The notes: generated from the letters alone by a model not told the origin. DNA of 64,000 nt from an uncultured virus (IMG/VR IMGVR_UViG_3300045284_000273) (IMGVR_UViG_3300045284_000273), one strand, 5' to 3'. Counted from the stretch's first letter, positions 28,307 to 39,550 are shown. A program made the numbers and translations.

Positions 28307-28860
28307 TGCCGACGCAACAGAGCTTCACGCCGTGGGGCGGTCGCCCGTACCCGCAGGCTCTCGACGCACCCTTCCGCGTGGCCGAGACGTTCGGTCCACT
28401 GCCGTTCGCTCACAACTATCTCGACGCAGTGAGGATGAACTGGCGGCGCACGCCGGAAGCCACGTATCCAGACGGCTACTTGGGGACGATCAACACGCGT
28501 CGTCAGGACCGGCTGCTCGATGGACTCAAGGCCCGCAGTCAGCAGCGTCCGTACACGCGCGGCATCCACAAAGGAGAGCGCCTTGATCAGCGCGACTACT
28601 TCTGGCCGGAAGAGTTCAACCTGTGGTCCGGTTTGGAAACGGAGGCAGCCGGACTGCGCTTTGCCCCGCCAAACCTGGGAGCCGAGTTGGAGTACGAGCG
28701 CTACCCAACCGACCGCAACCACCAAGGTCCTCGTAGTGTCGCCACCGGCAACCGCTACCCCGACACTCAGGCCCGAGCAGCGCACCTGCGCACGCTGGCC
28801 CCGTCGTGGAGCAGCGGACGTGGAAACCCCGGTATGGCTGTTCCTTACCCAGGTCGTTGA
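28306..28860 (+). CDS. Hypothetical phage protein
   Basis: YPDGYLGTI..RR.DRLL...RPY.RGIHKGER; TGATG coupling. Confidence 0.65.
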   Translation: MPTQQSFTPWGGRPYPQALDAPFRVAETFGPLPFAHNYLDAVRMNWRRTPEATYPDGYLGTINTRRQDRLLDGLKARSQQRPYTRGIHKGERLDQRDYFWPEEFNLWSGLETEAAGLRFAPPNLGAELEYERYPTDRNHQGPRSVATGNRYPDTQARAAHLRTLAPSWSSGRGNPGMAVPYPGR

Positions 28861-29116
28861 CGTGCGCTCGTTTACCGGAACTGAAGCACGGTTGATGAAA
28901 GGAGGCGCTGTGATAGCAGTGCTTGGAGACATCATGCAGGGCAAGACGGGGTTCGCGGATGTGATGTTCCTCGTTGCCTTCATTCTCTTCCTGATCGAGA
29001 CTCTGATCAGGCTCGTACGCCCAGCGCAGTGGGTGTACGACGGCCTGCTACTCTGCGCTGGATTGGCCGCAATAGCCCTCGGCTTTCTGGCCCTTTGACA
29101 ACCGAAGGAGACACCA

Positions 29117-29566
29117 ATGTCAGATGTGACAACGCCCGCCGAGGACCCTCTGGCCCCGGCACCCCGCACCACCGAAGGTGAAGGCCCACACCAAACCGTG
29201 AGCCTGATGCCCGAGGACAAGGACCTCGGCCCGCACTTCCCGAGCGGGATGAACACCGTCGAGGCAGCGCTCGCCGGAGCGACCGCGGGAATGTCCGAAG
29301 CCGAGATCGCCAAGGTCAAGGGTGAAGCGCCCGCTGTCGATCCGCTCACCGGCTCTCGGGCCATCGGCCCGTCCGGCACCGCCGAAGGGGAAGTTCCCGA
29401 AGCGCCAGCCGAAGGGGAAGAGTTCGACCCCGGTGGCTACACCATCGACCAAGTTCTCGCCTACGTGGACGCCAATCCAGACGAGGTGGACAGCGTGCTC
29501 GCCGCTGAAGAAGCGGGCAAAGCAAGAAGCACACTCATCACTCAACTGGAGGCACGCCAAGCATGA
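29117..29566 (+). CDS. Acidic protein with a short helical C-terminal domain
   Basis: AAGGAG RBS; FDPGGYTIDQVLAYV...EEAGKARSTLITQL. Confidence 0.65.
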   Translation: MSDVTTPAEDPLAPAPRTTEGEGPHQTVSLMPEDKDLGPHFPSGMNTVEAALAGATAGMSEAEIAKVKGEAPAVDPLTGSRAIGPSGTAEGEVPEAPAEGEEFDPGGYTIDQVLAYVDANPDEVDSVLAAEEAGKARSTLITQLEARQA

Positions 29567-29672
29567 TCCACACACCCACAGAGCCAGAGCCAACCGAGCC
29601 AGAGCCGGACGACGGCGGGAACGACGGCTGATACCTCGGTATCACGTCAACTCGTGAGCTAGCCTGCGGGAC

Positions 29673-30080
29673 GTGGCCGTCCGAGTAGATCGAGAAGTCT
29701 TCGACCCCTTGGCAGTCGGCTCGACAGCCGGAGGAATCCGGTTCGTGGATGATGGGTCGCGGCAACCTCCGTGGATACCGCGCCCATTCAGCACGAAGAA
29801 CGAGTACATCGCATCGGAGGCCTTGCGCCTGATGGAAGTCCCAGCGGACGTTCTCCGTCAGGTACGGCCTCCGATGCTTATTGACCCCTTCCCACAGGTG
29901 ATGGGTTATGACACCACTCCGCTGACGATCGAGCAGGTGCTGCAGACCGACCGCTGGGCACCCAAACAGCGCTCATTCGTGTCAGGGATCGCTACCTCGC
30001 CACGGCACGCCGACCTGCAAGAGGACATGTGGTCCGGCACAGCGCGTAATGTTGTCTCGACGCCCAATCCTGCGGGATGA
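29673..30080 (+). CDS. Hypothetical protein
   Basis: ORF in the + strand operon. Confidence 0.5.
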   Translation: MAVRVDREVFDPLAVGSTAGGIRFVDDGSRQPPWIPRPFSTKNEYIASEALRLMEVPADVLRQVRPPMLIDPFPQVMGYDTTPLTIEQVLQTDRWAPKQRSFVSGIATSPRHADLQEDMWSGTARNVVSTPNPAG

Positions 30081-30532
30081 TCGGAGAACCCATGAAGAAC
30101 GAAACACGCAGCATGACTGCCGACTTCGCACAGGGCACCGTCGATGAGACGTACATCTCGATCGCTCCCGATCGCGGCGGCTCGATCGACCACCGTCCCT
30201 ACGATCGGCTGACTTGGCCTGCTTATGGTCAGGCGGAGCGGCATATCGACCCACCGTTCTTGGAGGCCCACATCCGTCGTGCGGGCCTCCCGACAGAGCG
30301 CAAGGCACCGCTGTCGCGCTGATGCGTGAGCGGCAGCGGGAACAGTTCGCACAGGGTGCCGGTATCACTCAGCCCCTGCCTGCCCTGACCTGCTCGACGT
30401 GCGGCTTCACGTCGGAGAACCGCAAGCTCTTCAAGCGTGAAGGTGACGGTCACACCTGTTCGACCGGCCACTACACCGATGGTGAAGGCACTCAGAAGCG
30501 AGCCAAGAATCCCTACGCAAGGGGAGGCTGAG

Positions 30533-31411
30533 ATGGCCAGGATTCAACCCCGTTCCCAACCGCAGTTGCCACTGCTCAACATGCCTGCCGAGACGAAGGC
30601 ACCAGAGGTCACGCCTGGCCCTGGTATGACACCATCCGGCCCCTACCTGCCGCCCCGACAGACTTCACCACGACGGCCCGAGCAGTTGCCGATGTTCATG
30701 TCGGCCCGTGACATCATGACCAACTACCAACCGTTGGAAGGCGACCGCTCGCTCGCCTACGACCCTCGGGAAGGTGAGACGACCGCTCGCCCGTACACCA
30801 CGGCAGGCCAGCCCAACCCGCGGCTGACGACGCGCGATGTTGCCACCGGCTACGGCTGGGCGCACCACGTCATGAACACTGGCGACACTCACTACCGCTC
30901 CAACGAACAAGAAGAGACAGACGAGCAGGTCTGGGATCGCAAGCTGGACGAGTCCAAGCTGACGCTCGCTGACTACCACGAGACACACTCAGGTGGCTTC
31001 TACGGCAAGAACCGCACGCCGGGTTGGAACACCATCATGGAGCGCAGCAGCGCCCCCTCAGCGGAGTACAAGACCGGGCACACCGACACGTTCGATGACC
31101 GGCAACTCGATCAGGCCGACTACGTGCAGCGTCACCAAGAGGCGCACTGGATGGCCAAGGATGAGAACGAGAACGACTCGCTGCACGGCATGCTGAGCCG
31201 AGCCATGGAGCCTGGCGGCGAGGGCTTCACCGGCCACGTTCGTCTCGGTCAGCAGTTCGGTCCTTCAGGCAAGCGGATGATTGCCGGTGCCCACCACCGC
31301 ATCGCGATCATGAACGACATTGCTCCCGATCGCCTGCTGCCAGTGCTGCACACGCAGAGCGTTGCCGAGGCCAAGAAGGGGCGGGAAGCTGCGGTCTACC
31401 CGTACGACTGA
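30533..31411 (+). CDS. Hypothetical protein with a C-terminal ParB-like motif
   Basis: GGAGG RBS before ATG 30533; MIAGAHHRIA. Confidence 0.55.
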   Translation: MARIQPRSQPQLPLLNMPAETKAPEVTPGPGMTPSGPYLPPRQTSPRRPEQLPMFMSARDIMTNYQPLEGDRSLAYDPREGETTARPYTTAGQPNPRLTTRDVATGYGWAHHVMNTGDTHYRSNEQEETDEQVWDRKLDESKLTLADYHETHSGGFYGKNRTPGWNTIMERSSAPSAEYKTGHTDTFDDRQLDQADYVQRHQEAHWMAKDENENDSLHGMLSRAMEPGGEGFTGHVRLGQQFGPSGKRMIAGAHHRIAIMNDIAPDRLLPVLHTQSVAEAKKGREAAVYPYD

Positions 31412-31426
31412 TACCTTGGTATCACC

Positions 31427-31999
31427 ATGCCACGTCTCGTCACCTGCCACTTCTGCAAGATTCTCCAGCGCATGCCGGACGTTCACCCCAAGACACCGCT
31501 GATCCCAGCAGTCTTGGAATGGACGAGCGGCGAGCGCTACGTCTACAAGGACGAGGACGGCCACGCCGTGATGGTCCCGGCCTATGACCCGATGATGGAG
31601 GACTTCATCTCCAAGCATGAGCATGGCCGCGACGAGAGCGCAGTGATCGGCGGGATGATCCAGGTCTACCAAGTCGATCAGAAGACGTGGGACTCGGTGG
31701 ATATGGTCACCAAGATTCGCGACGAGCTTCACGCTCAGAACGATGCGTGGTACGAGGACCGTGACGAGTACCGCACGGCGGCCACCAAGTGCTACAACGA
31801 CCACGGCAACCCGGACCTTGGAACGGGTTGCCGGGACTACATGGACGACTCCAAACGATTCGGGCCAGCGACCTACAACGCCGAGGGTCGTACTATCACA
31901 GTGCCTCCCAAGTTCCGCCAATACCTGTGCTATCTGTGTCCCTATCAGTCGGCGTTCATCAACGTCGAGCTTCGACGCAGGAAGGGGTACTACCGATGA
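31427..31999 (+). CDS. Cys-rich hypothetical protein
   Basis: CHFC, C..H...C, YLCYLCP. Confidence 0.6.
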   Translation: MPRLVTCHFCKILQRMPDVHPKTPLIPAVLEWTSGERYVYKDEDGHAVMVPAYDPMMEDFISKHEHGRDESAVIGGMIQVYQVDQKTWDSVDMVTKIRDELHAQNDAWYEDRDEYRTAATKCYNDHGNPDLGTGCRDYMDDSKRFGPATYNAEGRTITVPPKFRQYLCYLCPYQSAFINVELRRRKGYYR

Positions 32000-33723
32000 G
32001 CGCTCGCTTCATGATCGACTACAACATCGGCACCGATGTATGGGGCTTCGGCTACTCCCCTGACAGTCCGTACGGCCTCACCGAAGGCGTCTACGAACTT
32101 CCCGGCCTGCCTCCTGATGGTGACTGGGTGCTGCTGGCCACAGCGTTCCATCTCGACCCCAACTCGGCTGCTGGTCTGTTGGTCCTCGCTGACGGCCACG
32201 AGTATCAACTGCTCAACACCTGGGACGAGAGCTTCCTCATCGAGGACCCTGCGCTCACGGTGACGTTCCGGCCCGAGCGCACGACGTTGCGCATCGACTA
32301 TCGCGACGGCGAGTTGGCGATGTACGTCGGCACCGATCCCGAATGGGATCACGTCGCTCAGATCGCCGTCGATGTGGTGACCGATACCGGGTTGATACTC
32401 CGCTATGCCGATGAGTCGGTACGCGCCGCGGCGATGCTCGAAGCGGCCCGTCTCCTACCCGGCCACTGGGAGGACTACGACACCCTCACCGAAGTGGAGA
32501 TGGCACCAACCCCGCCACCGATCGAGGCCCGAGTCTCAGTCGTGCAGGCCGCCACCACCAGCAACGAGCCGATGGTCTATGCCCTCGTTGGGGCACCCTA
32601 CGGCGACATGGAGTTCGACATTGGCAAGTCGTGCAGGTGGTTGGAGTACTTCAGCGATCAGATGTTCGTGCTCGACGTGAACCTCGGTGACCCTCGCTAT
32701 TGGATCGTCAACTGGGCGCTGACCTTCCCCAACTCCGAGCACGCCGTGACGAGCATCAACTTCTTCTCCCGGCCGGTGGAGTTCCGCAAGGAGCAGTTCA
32801 ATCGCGCTCAGCAGTTCTACGAGATGGACGACGAGGCCTGGGTGTTGTTCATCGACGGTACCGAGGGCCTGAGCTTCGACAACTCGACGCTGCCCAATGA
32901 CTACGCCTCGATGCCGTTCATGTCGTGGATTTACCGGGAAATCACCCGAGCGGAGACGGCGAGCCAAGTCTCTGTTGTGATACCGTTCTTCGTGTTCCTG
33001 CGATCCGCGGAGATTCAGAACGTCACCTACGACCACCCGATGAACAATGTGCTGGATGTGAACGGCGACCCGCTGACACCATCGGTGCTGCAGCCGGTGA
33101 GTGTGCCGTACTATCTCGTCGCCAACGGATTGAAGCGGCTGATCAAGGTATCGAGGTTGCGTGACCCAACGTTCAACTGGGCCGACATCGACACCCTCGC
33201 TACGCCAGCGGCCAACGTCAAGTGCCAGGTGATCAGTTACGCCTACGCCCATTGGAACCTGCAGGACATTCCTCCCGGCCAGACCGATGTCCCGGCGTTG
33301 TCTGCAGTCAACGATGACGGCTTCCGGATGCGTCAGCAGATCAGCAAGGTCCGGCCGGTTCCCGGCCTTCAGTACGCTGCCTGGGATGACGGCAGTAGCG
33401 ACCCCGCTGGTGTTCCTGGTCCCTGGGCCATGTACACCGTCACCAATACCAATCCCGACTTCGTGCCCATCACCGACACCCCTCCCACAGCACCTGCGCC
33501 TGCCACCGATGGTATTGATACCCCGCTATACGACACCGTGTTTCGGCTCAACATGCGCGACGGGGTGTGGTACGAAGGTGGCGTCAGTGGTAACACACCA
33601 CTGGTTTGGAACCCAGACGACCAGAAGTGGATGACGCCGTACGATCCGGACAAGTGGCCAAGCTCCGGGGTGGACTCTCCGGACAACCCCGACTACGTTG
33701 ACCCACCAACCCCCGTGCCATGA
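31996..33723 (+). CDS. Large hypothetical protein (possible degenerate glycosyltransferase-like segment)
   Basis: ATGA coupling; WVLFIDGTE resembles the GT-A WVLxLDADE motif. Confidence 0.5.
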   Translation: MSARFMIDYNIGTDVWGFGYSPDSPYGLTEGVYELPGLPPDGDWVLLATAFHLDPNSAAGLLVLADGHEYQLLNTWDESFLIEDPALTVTFRPERTTLRIDYRDGELAMYVGTDPEWDHVAQIAVDVVTDTGLILRYADESVRAAAMLEAARLLPGHWEDYDTLTEVEMAPTPPPIEARVSVVQAATTSNEPMVYALVGAPYGDMEFDIGKSCRWLEYFSDQMFVLDVNLGDPRYWIVNWALTFPNSEHAVTSINFFSRPVEFRKEQFNRAQQFYEMDDEAWVLFIDGTEGLSFDNSTLPNDYASMPFMSWIYREITRAETASQVSVVIPFFVFLRSAEIQNVTYDHPMNNVLDVNGDPLTPSVLQPVSVPYYLVANGLKRLIKVSRLRDPTFNWADIDTLATPAANVKCQVISYAYAHWNLQDIPPGQTDVPALSAVNDDGFRMRQQISKVRPVPGLQYAAWDDGSSDPAGVPGPWAMYTVTNTNPDFVPITDTPPTAPAPATDGIDTPLYDTVFRLNMRDGVWYEGGVSGNTPLVWNPDDQKWMTPYDPDKWPSSGVDSPDNPDYVDPPTPVP

Positions 33724-34160
33724 CCAGCACCATCTGCGTAGTGCCCGTCGAGTACGTGCTCAGCGACCTGCCCGACTTGAAGGTGGCTCAGCCCCAGCGT
33801 TGGGCGCGGCCTCTGGTCGATTCCCTCAAGCACGAGTATCGGATGATCGCTCTGACCAGTACCGAGGCCAACATTGCCGACTGGTGGCTGCGCCGGGAGA
33901 TGCTGACCGGCTGGGCCGGGGTGATGTCACAACCAGACGGCTACAACAGCTTCACCCACTGGATGGTGCGCCAGATCGAAGAGTTCCAGGCCGAGACGTG
34001 GGAGGTTGGCTTGGTGATCGGCACGGAGAACCACGCGTTGGACGAGATCAGCCGACTGGGTGTTGTCACCATGATGTTGCGATACCCGGCTAACAGAGTC
34101 GGATGGCGAGAACCGGGCGCACCCATCAGGGAGTGGACTAGCGTGGTGGACGAGTCGTAG
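33720..34160 (+). CDS. Hypothetical protein
   Basis: ATGA coupling. Confidence 0.55.
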   Translation: MTSTICVVPVEYVLSDLPDLKVAQPQRWARPLVDSLKHEYRMIALTSTEANIADWWLRREMLTGWAGVMSQPDGYNSFTHWMVRQIEEFQAETWEVGLVIGTENHALDEISRLGVVTMMLRYPANRVGWREPGAPIREWTSVVDES

Positions 34161-34169
34161 GAGGACCCG

Positions 34170-35828
34170 ATGAGCCTGTTCGGTGACTTCAAGAAGGCTG
34201 CTGGCACCATCACTGGTGCGGTGGAGAATGTTGCCAAGGGCGCTGAGTACGTCGCCACGCACCCCGACAAAGTGGTGGACACTGCGGGCAAGGTCATCAA
34301 CTACGGCATCCAGCACCCCGGCGAGGTCGGCAAGATCGCCGCCAAGGAGTTGGTGCACAGCTTCACCGATCCCAAGGAGTTGGCGATCAACGCAGCGCTG
34401 CTCGTTGGAACGATGGGCACCGGCTTCCTCGCCAAGGAGGGCGGCGAGCTTGCTGCCAAGACGGCGATCGAGGTCGGTGGCAAGACGTTGGCCAAGGTCG
34501 GTGCGGAGACGGCTGGTGAGACAGCAGGCAAGGTCGCCACCGAGACGGCGGGCAAGGCCGCTGGTGAAGTTGCTACCAAGGCCGCCGCCGAGACAGGCCG
34601 CAAGGCAGCGTTCGACACGGCGTTGGAATCGGGTCGTTGGAACCCGATCCAGAAGGCGACGACGGCGCTGCGGGAAAGCGGCGCGCAACGCATCCTGGCC
34701 GGTGGTGGCGAGAACCCGAGCCTGCTCCGCCAAGGTGTCGCGTCACTGGTCCAAGGATCGTCGGGAACGATGCCGACGCAGTTGGAGGGCATGAGCGACA
34801 CCGCCTACTCGCTGCAGAAGACGGCGTGGCGGGCCAAGCAGATCGAGAAGCGCGGCGGTCAGTTGCAGGGCTTGGAACACGGTGTGCAGGCCGCTGCCGA
34901 CCCGATGGGGTACGCGATGAGCAAGGTCGGTGGTAAGGGCGGCGGCGGTGGCATGGACGCGACGCATCCGATATCGGCGTATGGAGGCGACCCCGGTCGG
35001 TCACAGTCCTTCGCATACGGAAGTACCACCCCACAAGGTGATACCAGCATCAGTAGTGTCTCAGCGCCTCAGCAGGCTGCGCAAGCACCGTCGATGCGCA
35101 GCCGCATCTCCGAGTTCAATCAGACCGGCCGCATCCAGACGAAGAGCGGTTTCGGTATGCAGGTCAGAACCACTGGAGCCAACGGTCTGCACTTCTGGCA
35201 GGGTCCACAGCGCGAAGCGCTGGGCGGCATCGGCAAGGACTACGACTGGCGCAACCAGGGTCCGTTGCGGCCGATCCAGCAACCGAAGTACCGCGTCTCT
35301 TTCACGCAGCAGGGCAAGACTCCCGACACTGGTGGTGCCGAGCAGATCGAGGGCGGCAGCGTCGGTGCCAAGGTTCCGGCCATCGTCCCGGCACCGCAGA
35401 GTTCGATGTACGCCAAGGCGGGCCTGGCGATGGAAGTGCCCAAGGAGCCGTCGTACGGGTATGACACCAAGACCGGCCAAGGCCGTTTCGAGTTCCCCGA
35501 GTTATCACAGCCGAAGACCACATCGGGGCCGCGGATCATGCAGGCCGCTGGAAGCGGCGCGGACCGCGGCGGCCAATCGGGGCGCAACGCCTCCTTCGCC
35601 TCTGGCTCTGTCTACGGTGTCGCCGCCGATACGACGATCGGCAACACGGCCGCTTGGAACAACACCGGCCAGGGATCGTTCATCTTCCCGCAACTCGATC
35701 AGCCGAAGAGCCAGCAGCCGACCGATATCACCGAAGTCGGCAACATCAAGCCCGCCACGCCGTTGCGACCGTTGTCGATGCCACTGCAGAATCGGATGAT
35801 GAAGCCACGCCAGACCCTTGGAGTCTGA
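34170..35828 (+). CDS. Ala/Gly-rich low-complexity protein (possible internal virion protein)
   Basis: GGAGG RBS; AGETAGKVA-type repeats. Confidence 0.6.
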   Translation: MSLFGDFKKAAGTITGAVENVAKGAEYVATHPDKVVDTAGKVINYGIQHPGEVGKIAAKELVHSFTDPKELAINAALLVGTMGTGFLAKEGGELAAKTAIEVGGKTLAKVGAETAGETAGKVATETAGKAAGEVATKAAAETGRKAAFDTALESGRWNPIQKATTALRESGAQRILAGGGENPSLLRQGVASLVQGSSGTMPTQLEGMSDTAYSLQKTAWRAKQIEKRGGQLQGLEHGVQAAADPMGYAMSKVGGKGGGGGMDATHPISAYGGDPGRSQSFAYGSTTPQGDTSISSVSAPQQAAQAPSMRSRISEFNQTGRIQTKSGFGMQVRTTGANGLHFWQGPQREALGGIGKDYDWRNQGPLRPIQQPKYRVSFTQQGKTPDTGGAEQIEGGSVGAKVPAIVPAPQSSMYAKAGLAMEVPKEPSYGYDTKTGQGRFEFPELSQPKTTSGPRIMQAAGSGADRGGQSGRNASFASGSVYGVAADTTIGNTAAWNNTGQGSFIFPQLDQPKSQQPTDITEVGNIKPATPLRPLSMPLQNRMMKPRQTLGV

Positions 35829-35831
35829 TGC

Positions 35832-37205
35832 ATGCAACTGTTCTTCGCCGGGGCTGAGTCCCAGTCACATCTCGATCTGCTCCGGTCCTGTGGGGTCGAG
35901 CGCGTCGCCGTGTCGATCGCCAATCTGGCCAGACACACCCGTGATTACGCCGTGTGGGCCGGGAAAGGGCATCTGAAGGGCCTGGACTACCTGATCTACG
36001 CCGACAGCCCCACCGTGCCCGTTGGGCCGCTCTTGGAGCTTCTGGCAGGCTCTCCGAGCGAACCAGAGGGAGTTGCCGGACCTGCTGAGTGGGCAACCGA
36101 GTCGTGGCTCAACGACAGCGACATCCTGTTCCTGCCAATGTGGGACGGACACGATGCAGGCGAACTACGCCACCTGGTCGAGATGTACGACGGGGTAGTG
36201 CTCCCCGACGCCGTGGTGGACAACCAAGCCGCCGTCCGGCAGGCAAAGGCGGCTATGGGCAGAATGTCAACCTTCGGGGCGCTGACCGGCCGATCCAAGG
36301 GTGTCGATCGCTTCGACCTGTTGGTGTCGAGTGCTTGGTACGCCGTTCAGAAACACGGCGAAACCCAGGTATGGGTTGGCAACCGATTGGTGCGCCTCAA
36401 CTCCGACGACAAGCACCTCAAGCGCCAGCGCTACGCCGAGGCGATCGAAGCGATGGGCGCTGATGTGTCAGCAGTGCTCGCTGACGATCCCAAGGAGACG
36501 GCGCGCCTGGCGATCATGTCGTGGATCGCGATGGAGAAGTACCTCAGCGCAGGGCACTCGATGGTCCCGGCCACAGTTGCTAACGGCGGTATGACGAGAA
36601 CCAATCCTCAAGCACCTCGATCTCCGGAAGTTGCTAACGGAGCGTTGGAGACCCGGCACGAATCGACGCGCGCTCTGCCGGTGATGGCCTTCCAGAGCTT
36701 CGCCGTGACGCTGCAGGACGAAGAGGGCAACGAGACGGTCGAGCACCACCAACTGATCGAGTCGGCTGCCGAGTCGATGCGTCAATGTGATACCTGCCAA
36801 CTCTCTGCGGCCTGTCCCGGCTTCCAGCAGGGCGCGGCGTGCACATACCACATTCCGGTAGTGATCCGTACCAAGGACCAGCGCCAAGCGCTGTTGCGGA
36901 CGCTGATCGAAATCCAGGCTCAACGCATCTTGATGGGGTCGTTCTCCGAGCAGGTGCTGGGTGAGCCGAACGATCAGGTCGGCAAGGAGATGGATCGGCT
37001 GTTCACGATGGTCGAGCGTTGGAAGACGATCGAAGAGCAGACCACCAAACTCTCGATCGGCATCCAGGCGACCGGCCCCGACGCCGATGGCAGCCTGGGG
37101 ATGATCAGCCGCCTGTTCGGCTCACAGGCCGGTCAGAACGCCCGCATGCTGGACGTTCCAGTACTGTCGGACGAAGTGATCGAAGAGGCCGTCCCCGTCG
37201 ATTAG
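35832..37205 (+). CDS. TGT/DpdA-like barrel protein with a C-terminal Cys cluster (tentative)
   Basis: MQLFFAG, IYADS, FLPMW, SSAW...HG spacing recalls phage tRNA-guanine-transglycosylase-like proteins; CDTC..AACP..C. Confidence 0.4.
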   Translation: MQLFFAGAESQSHLDLLRSCGVERVAVSIANLARHTRDYAVWAGKGHLKGLDYLIYADSPTVPVGPLLELLAGSPSEPEGVAGPAEWATESWLNDSDILFLPMWDGHDAGELRHLVEMYDGVVLPDAVVDNQAAVRQAKAAMGRMSTFGALTGRSKGVDRFDLLVSSAWYAVQKHGETQVWVGNRLVRLNSDDKHLKRQRYAEAIEAMGADVSAVLADDPKETARLAIMSWIAMEKYLSAGHSMVPATVANGGMTRTNPQAPRSPEVANGALETRHESTRALPVMAFQSFAVTLQDEEGNETVEHHQLIESAAESMRQCDTCQLSAACPGFQQGAACTYHIPVVIRTKDQRQALLRTLIEIQAQRILMGSFSEQVLGEPNDQVGKEMDRLFTMVERWKTIEEQTTKLSIGIQATGPDADGSLGMISRLFGSQAGQNARMLDVPVLSDEVIEEAVPVD

Positions 37206-37226
37206 TAGCTAAAGGAGGTTGGAGCA

Positions 37227-37516
37227 TGCCAAACGGTCCACAGCGCAAGAAGGCGGTCAATCCCCGAGGCCCGAACAAGGTCTACGGCCAGTGGCACGGC
37301 GGTCCCAACTACGCCGTGGGTGAGCCGGAAGAGTTCCGCTCACAGGCTCACGCCAAGTCGGTGATGCAGAGCCGGATCGGCGGCTGGGACCCGGTGAGCG
37401 GCAAGCAGACGCCAGTGGTGCAGGACTCCACCATGGACCTCGCCCGAGACGCTGGCGGTGAGCCGTTCAGGCGGCTGTCGCAGACACGTCGGGGCATTCG
37501 TCGCGAGAACTACTAG
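37227..37516 (+). CDS. Hypothetical protein
   Basis: AAGGAGG RBS; last + strand gene of the block. Confidence 0.55.
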
Positions 37517-37976
37517 CGGTAGCGCCGGTAGCCGATCCCGCCGCCGAGCAACAGCACGACGACGAGCACTATCAACAGGATTGTGAGCATGTTGTGGATA
37601 GTGCCCAATTCGCTCACTTGCCAACCGCCGCCAAGGCGATCATCGCCACCAGGAGCAGGACCAGGCCGTAGAAGATGATCGTGATCGTCCGCGCCGATGC
37701 TCGCATGACGTGATTCTTCACGACGGTGACTCGATGAAATCACGTCACCGGAGCCGAGGACTGTGGAGGCTTCCAAGCTGCCCTCGGTCCCGGTGAACGG
37801 GTCAATGCATACCCAGCTATCAGGTGAAGGTCAAACAGGCCCACCCCTCCAGGGGCGGGACTTCTCCGGTCGTATGTCGCTTGGGCAGGCCAAAGTGAAA
37901 CCCCTTGTGACAAATGTCACCGCGAGGAATCGAGCGCAGCCTTCCTTATAACGGGCCGACACGCCTTCTTCTTGGT

Positions 37977-38075
37977 GAGGCCCGCCGTGCTTCTGTTGTC
38001 AACCTCTGTGGCGGCGGGCCTCAATAGCGAAAGCCCACCGCTACGGGGTACGAGGTCCCGAGCCGGTGGGCTTTC
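37977..38075. terminator. Two GC-rich hairpins at the convergence of the + and - gene blocks
   Basis: GAGGCCCGCCG/CGGCGGGCCTC (37977-38022) and GAAAGCCCACCG/CGGTGGGCTTTC (38029-38075). Confidence 0.65.
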
Positions 38076-38097
38076 TAGTTGTGTTCAAAGCGCTGGT

Positions 38098-38361
38098 TTA
38101 CGAGTCCGGCGCATCGACCAGCTTACGTTCTGAGGGGTTGTCGATGACCTGCACGACACGATCCTGCCAGGTGGCCACGTCGTCCATATCGGGGCCGAAC
38201 CGGGCGGCGTAGGCCAGCCCGACTTCCTCTTGATGGATGACTTCGCCGTCGTTGGTGACGGTCAGCATGCCGCGGTATCCGTCGCCGTCGAGCCGAGTGA
38301 CTTTGCACTGGTACTCGTTGTCATCGACGGTGTTCTCCCAAACAACGCCGAGGTCGGTCAT
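38098..38361 (-). CDS. Hypothetical protein
   Basis: Coupled to the upstream minus-strand gene. Confidence 0.55.
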   Translation of the reverse strand: MTDLGVVWENTVDDNEYQCKVTRLDGDGYRGMLTVTNDGEVIHQEEVGLAYAARFGPDMDDVATWQDRVVQVIDNPSERKLVDAPDS

Positions 38362-38753
38362 GCGCTGACGAGCTTCTTCGGCGCGCGCTTGGAGGGGCGC
38401 TTGAGGTTGGCGACCAACTCGGCCGCTTCGGCCTTGGCCTTCTCCCGCTTGGCGGTGCGCTCTTCCTTGGCCAGCGCCTTGGGACCCTTGACATCGGTGC
38501 GCTGCATGATGATCACGCCGAAGGCGTCATCGTGGCCGTTGGCCTGGTGGCGCAGACGGACCTTGGCACCGCGGGCGGTTGCCCGAGTGCGGATGATGCG
38601 CTCCATCATCAGCGGGTGTGTCTCGAAATCCTCACCCTGCTCGATCTGCCAGATGTCTCCATCCAGCCATTCGTCCCAGGGGTAGACGGCCTTCTCGGTG
38701 GTGGTGATCGAACTCGGAACCGAGAAATCGAACTTGTTGAGCTTGGTTGCCAT
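38358..38753 (-). CDS. Hypothetical protein
   Basis: CCGAAAGGA leader; YPWDEWLDGDIWQIEQGEDF. Confidence 0.6.
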   Translation of the reverse strand: MATKLNKFDFSVPSSITTTEKAVYPWDEWLDGDIWQIEQGEDFETHPLMMERIIRTRATARGAKVRLRHQANGHDDAFGVIIMQRTDVKGPKALAKEERTAKREKAKAEAAELVANLKRPSKRAPKKLVSA

Positions 38754-38818
38754 GACGGCGGTGTTCCTTTCGGTGGTATGGGGGGTTGTGATAGCAGTGT
38801 ACCCAGAGTGTGAAGGTA

Positions 38819-39446
38819 TCACACTGCGAGAATGAAGTTGGACAGAATGAATGCTGCCCACAGCCAACCGGCGTTAACCCGCTCGGTCAGCCGTCGCAGG
38901 GGTGCGAAGAGGTTGTAGACCAACCCTCGCTTGAAGAGCGCCGAGTCGGTGTTGCGGCAGAAGAAGATGCCGAGGATCATCAACTGCGGGATGAACGACA
39001 GGATCGGGGAGCGAGTCCACCCGGCCATTGAGCCGGTGTAGTCGGTCATCCGTGAGTGCAGGTAGAGCATCCACAGACCGAAGATGCGGATGAGGACGAA
39101 CACCAGGCAGAACCAAAACCAGGTTCGCCACCGACGAGCAGCGACTGCTGCCTGCCATGCGGAGTAGCCGGGATCGTTCGACAACTGCATGTGGTTGTGA
39201 TACGCCCTCGTTCCGACCCAGGCGGTCAGGAAGTCAGCGCCTGCGGTGATGATCGCCGCGAGAAGTGACGAACCGCCGCCGCCGTTGCCGCCAGAGTAGA
39301 CCGGTTGCTGCTGTGCTTGGGTCTGCTGCAACCGCTGTTGCTGCTGGTGGGCCATTGAGACGCCCAGGTTGGTGGTGGTGTGAGGGTTCATCTCATCAGC
39401 GACGGCCTTGGCCATTCGCCTGTTCTTGTCCCATTCGGATTCCATA
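38819..39446 (-). CDS. Membrane protein with a Gln-rich linker
   Basis: ATG 39446 (MESEWD); several hydrophobic segments. Confidence 0.55.
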
Positions 39447-39550
39447 ACGTTATGATACCAGGCCCGTGGTGGTAACACAACGTCGAAACATATGTTTCTG
39501 AAACGTTTGTGGTATCTTTCCGCCCGTAGCACCAACGAAGGGAGCACTCA

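Noticed and set aside
37950..38090. tRNA genes here and at 8874-9140 and 53720-53950
   Set aside because: Hairpins present but no cloverleaf or T-loop GTTC consensus found by eye
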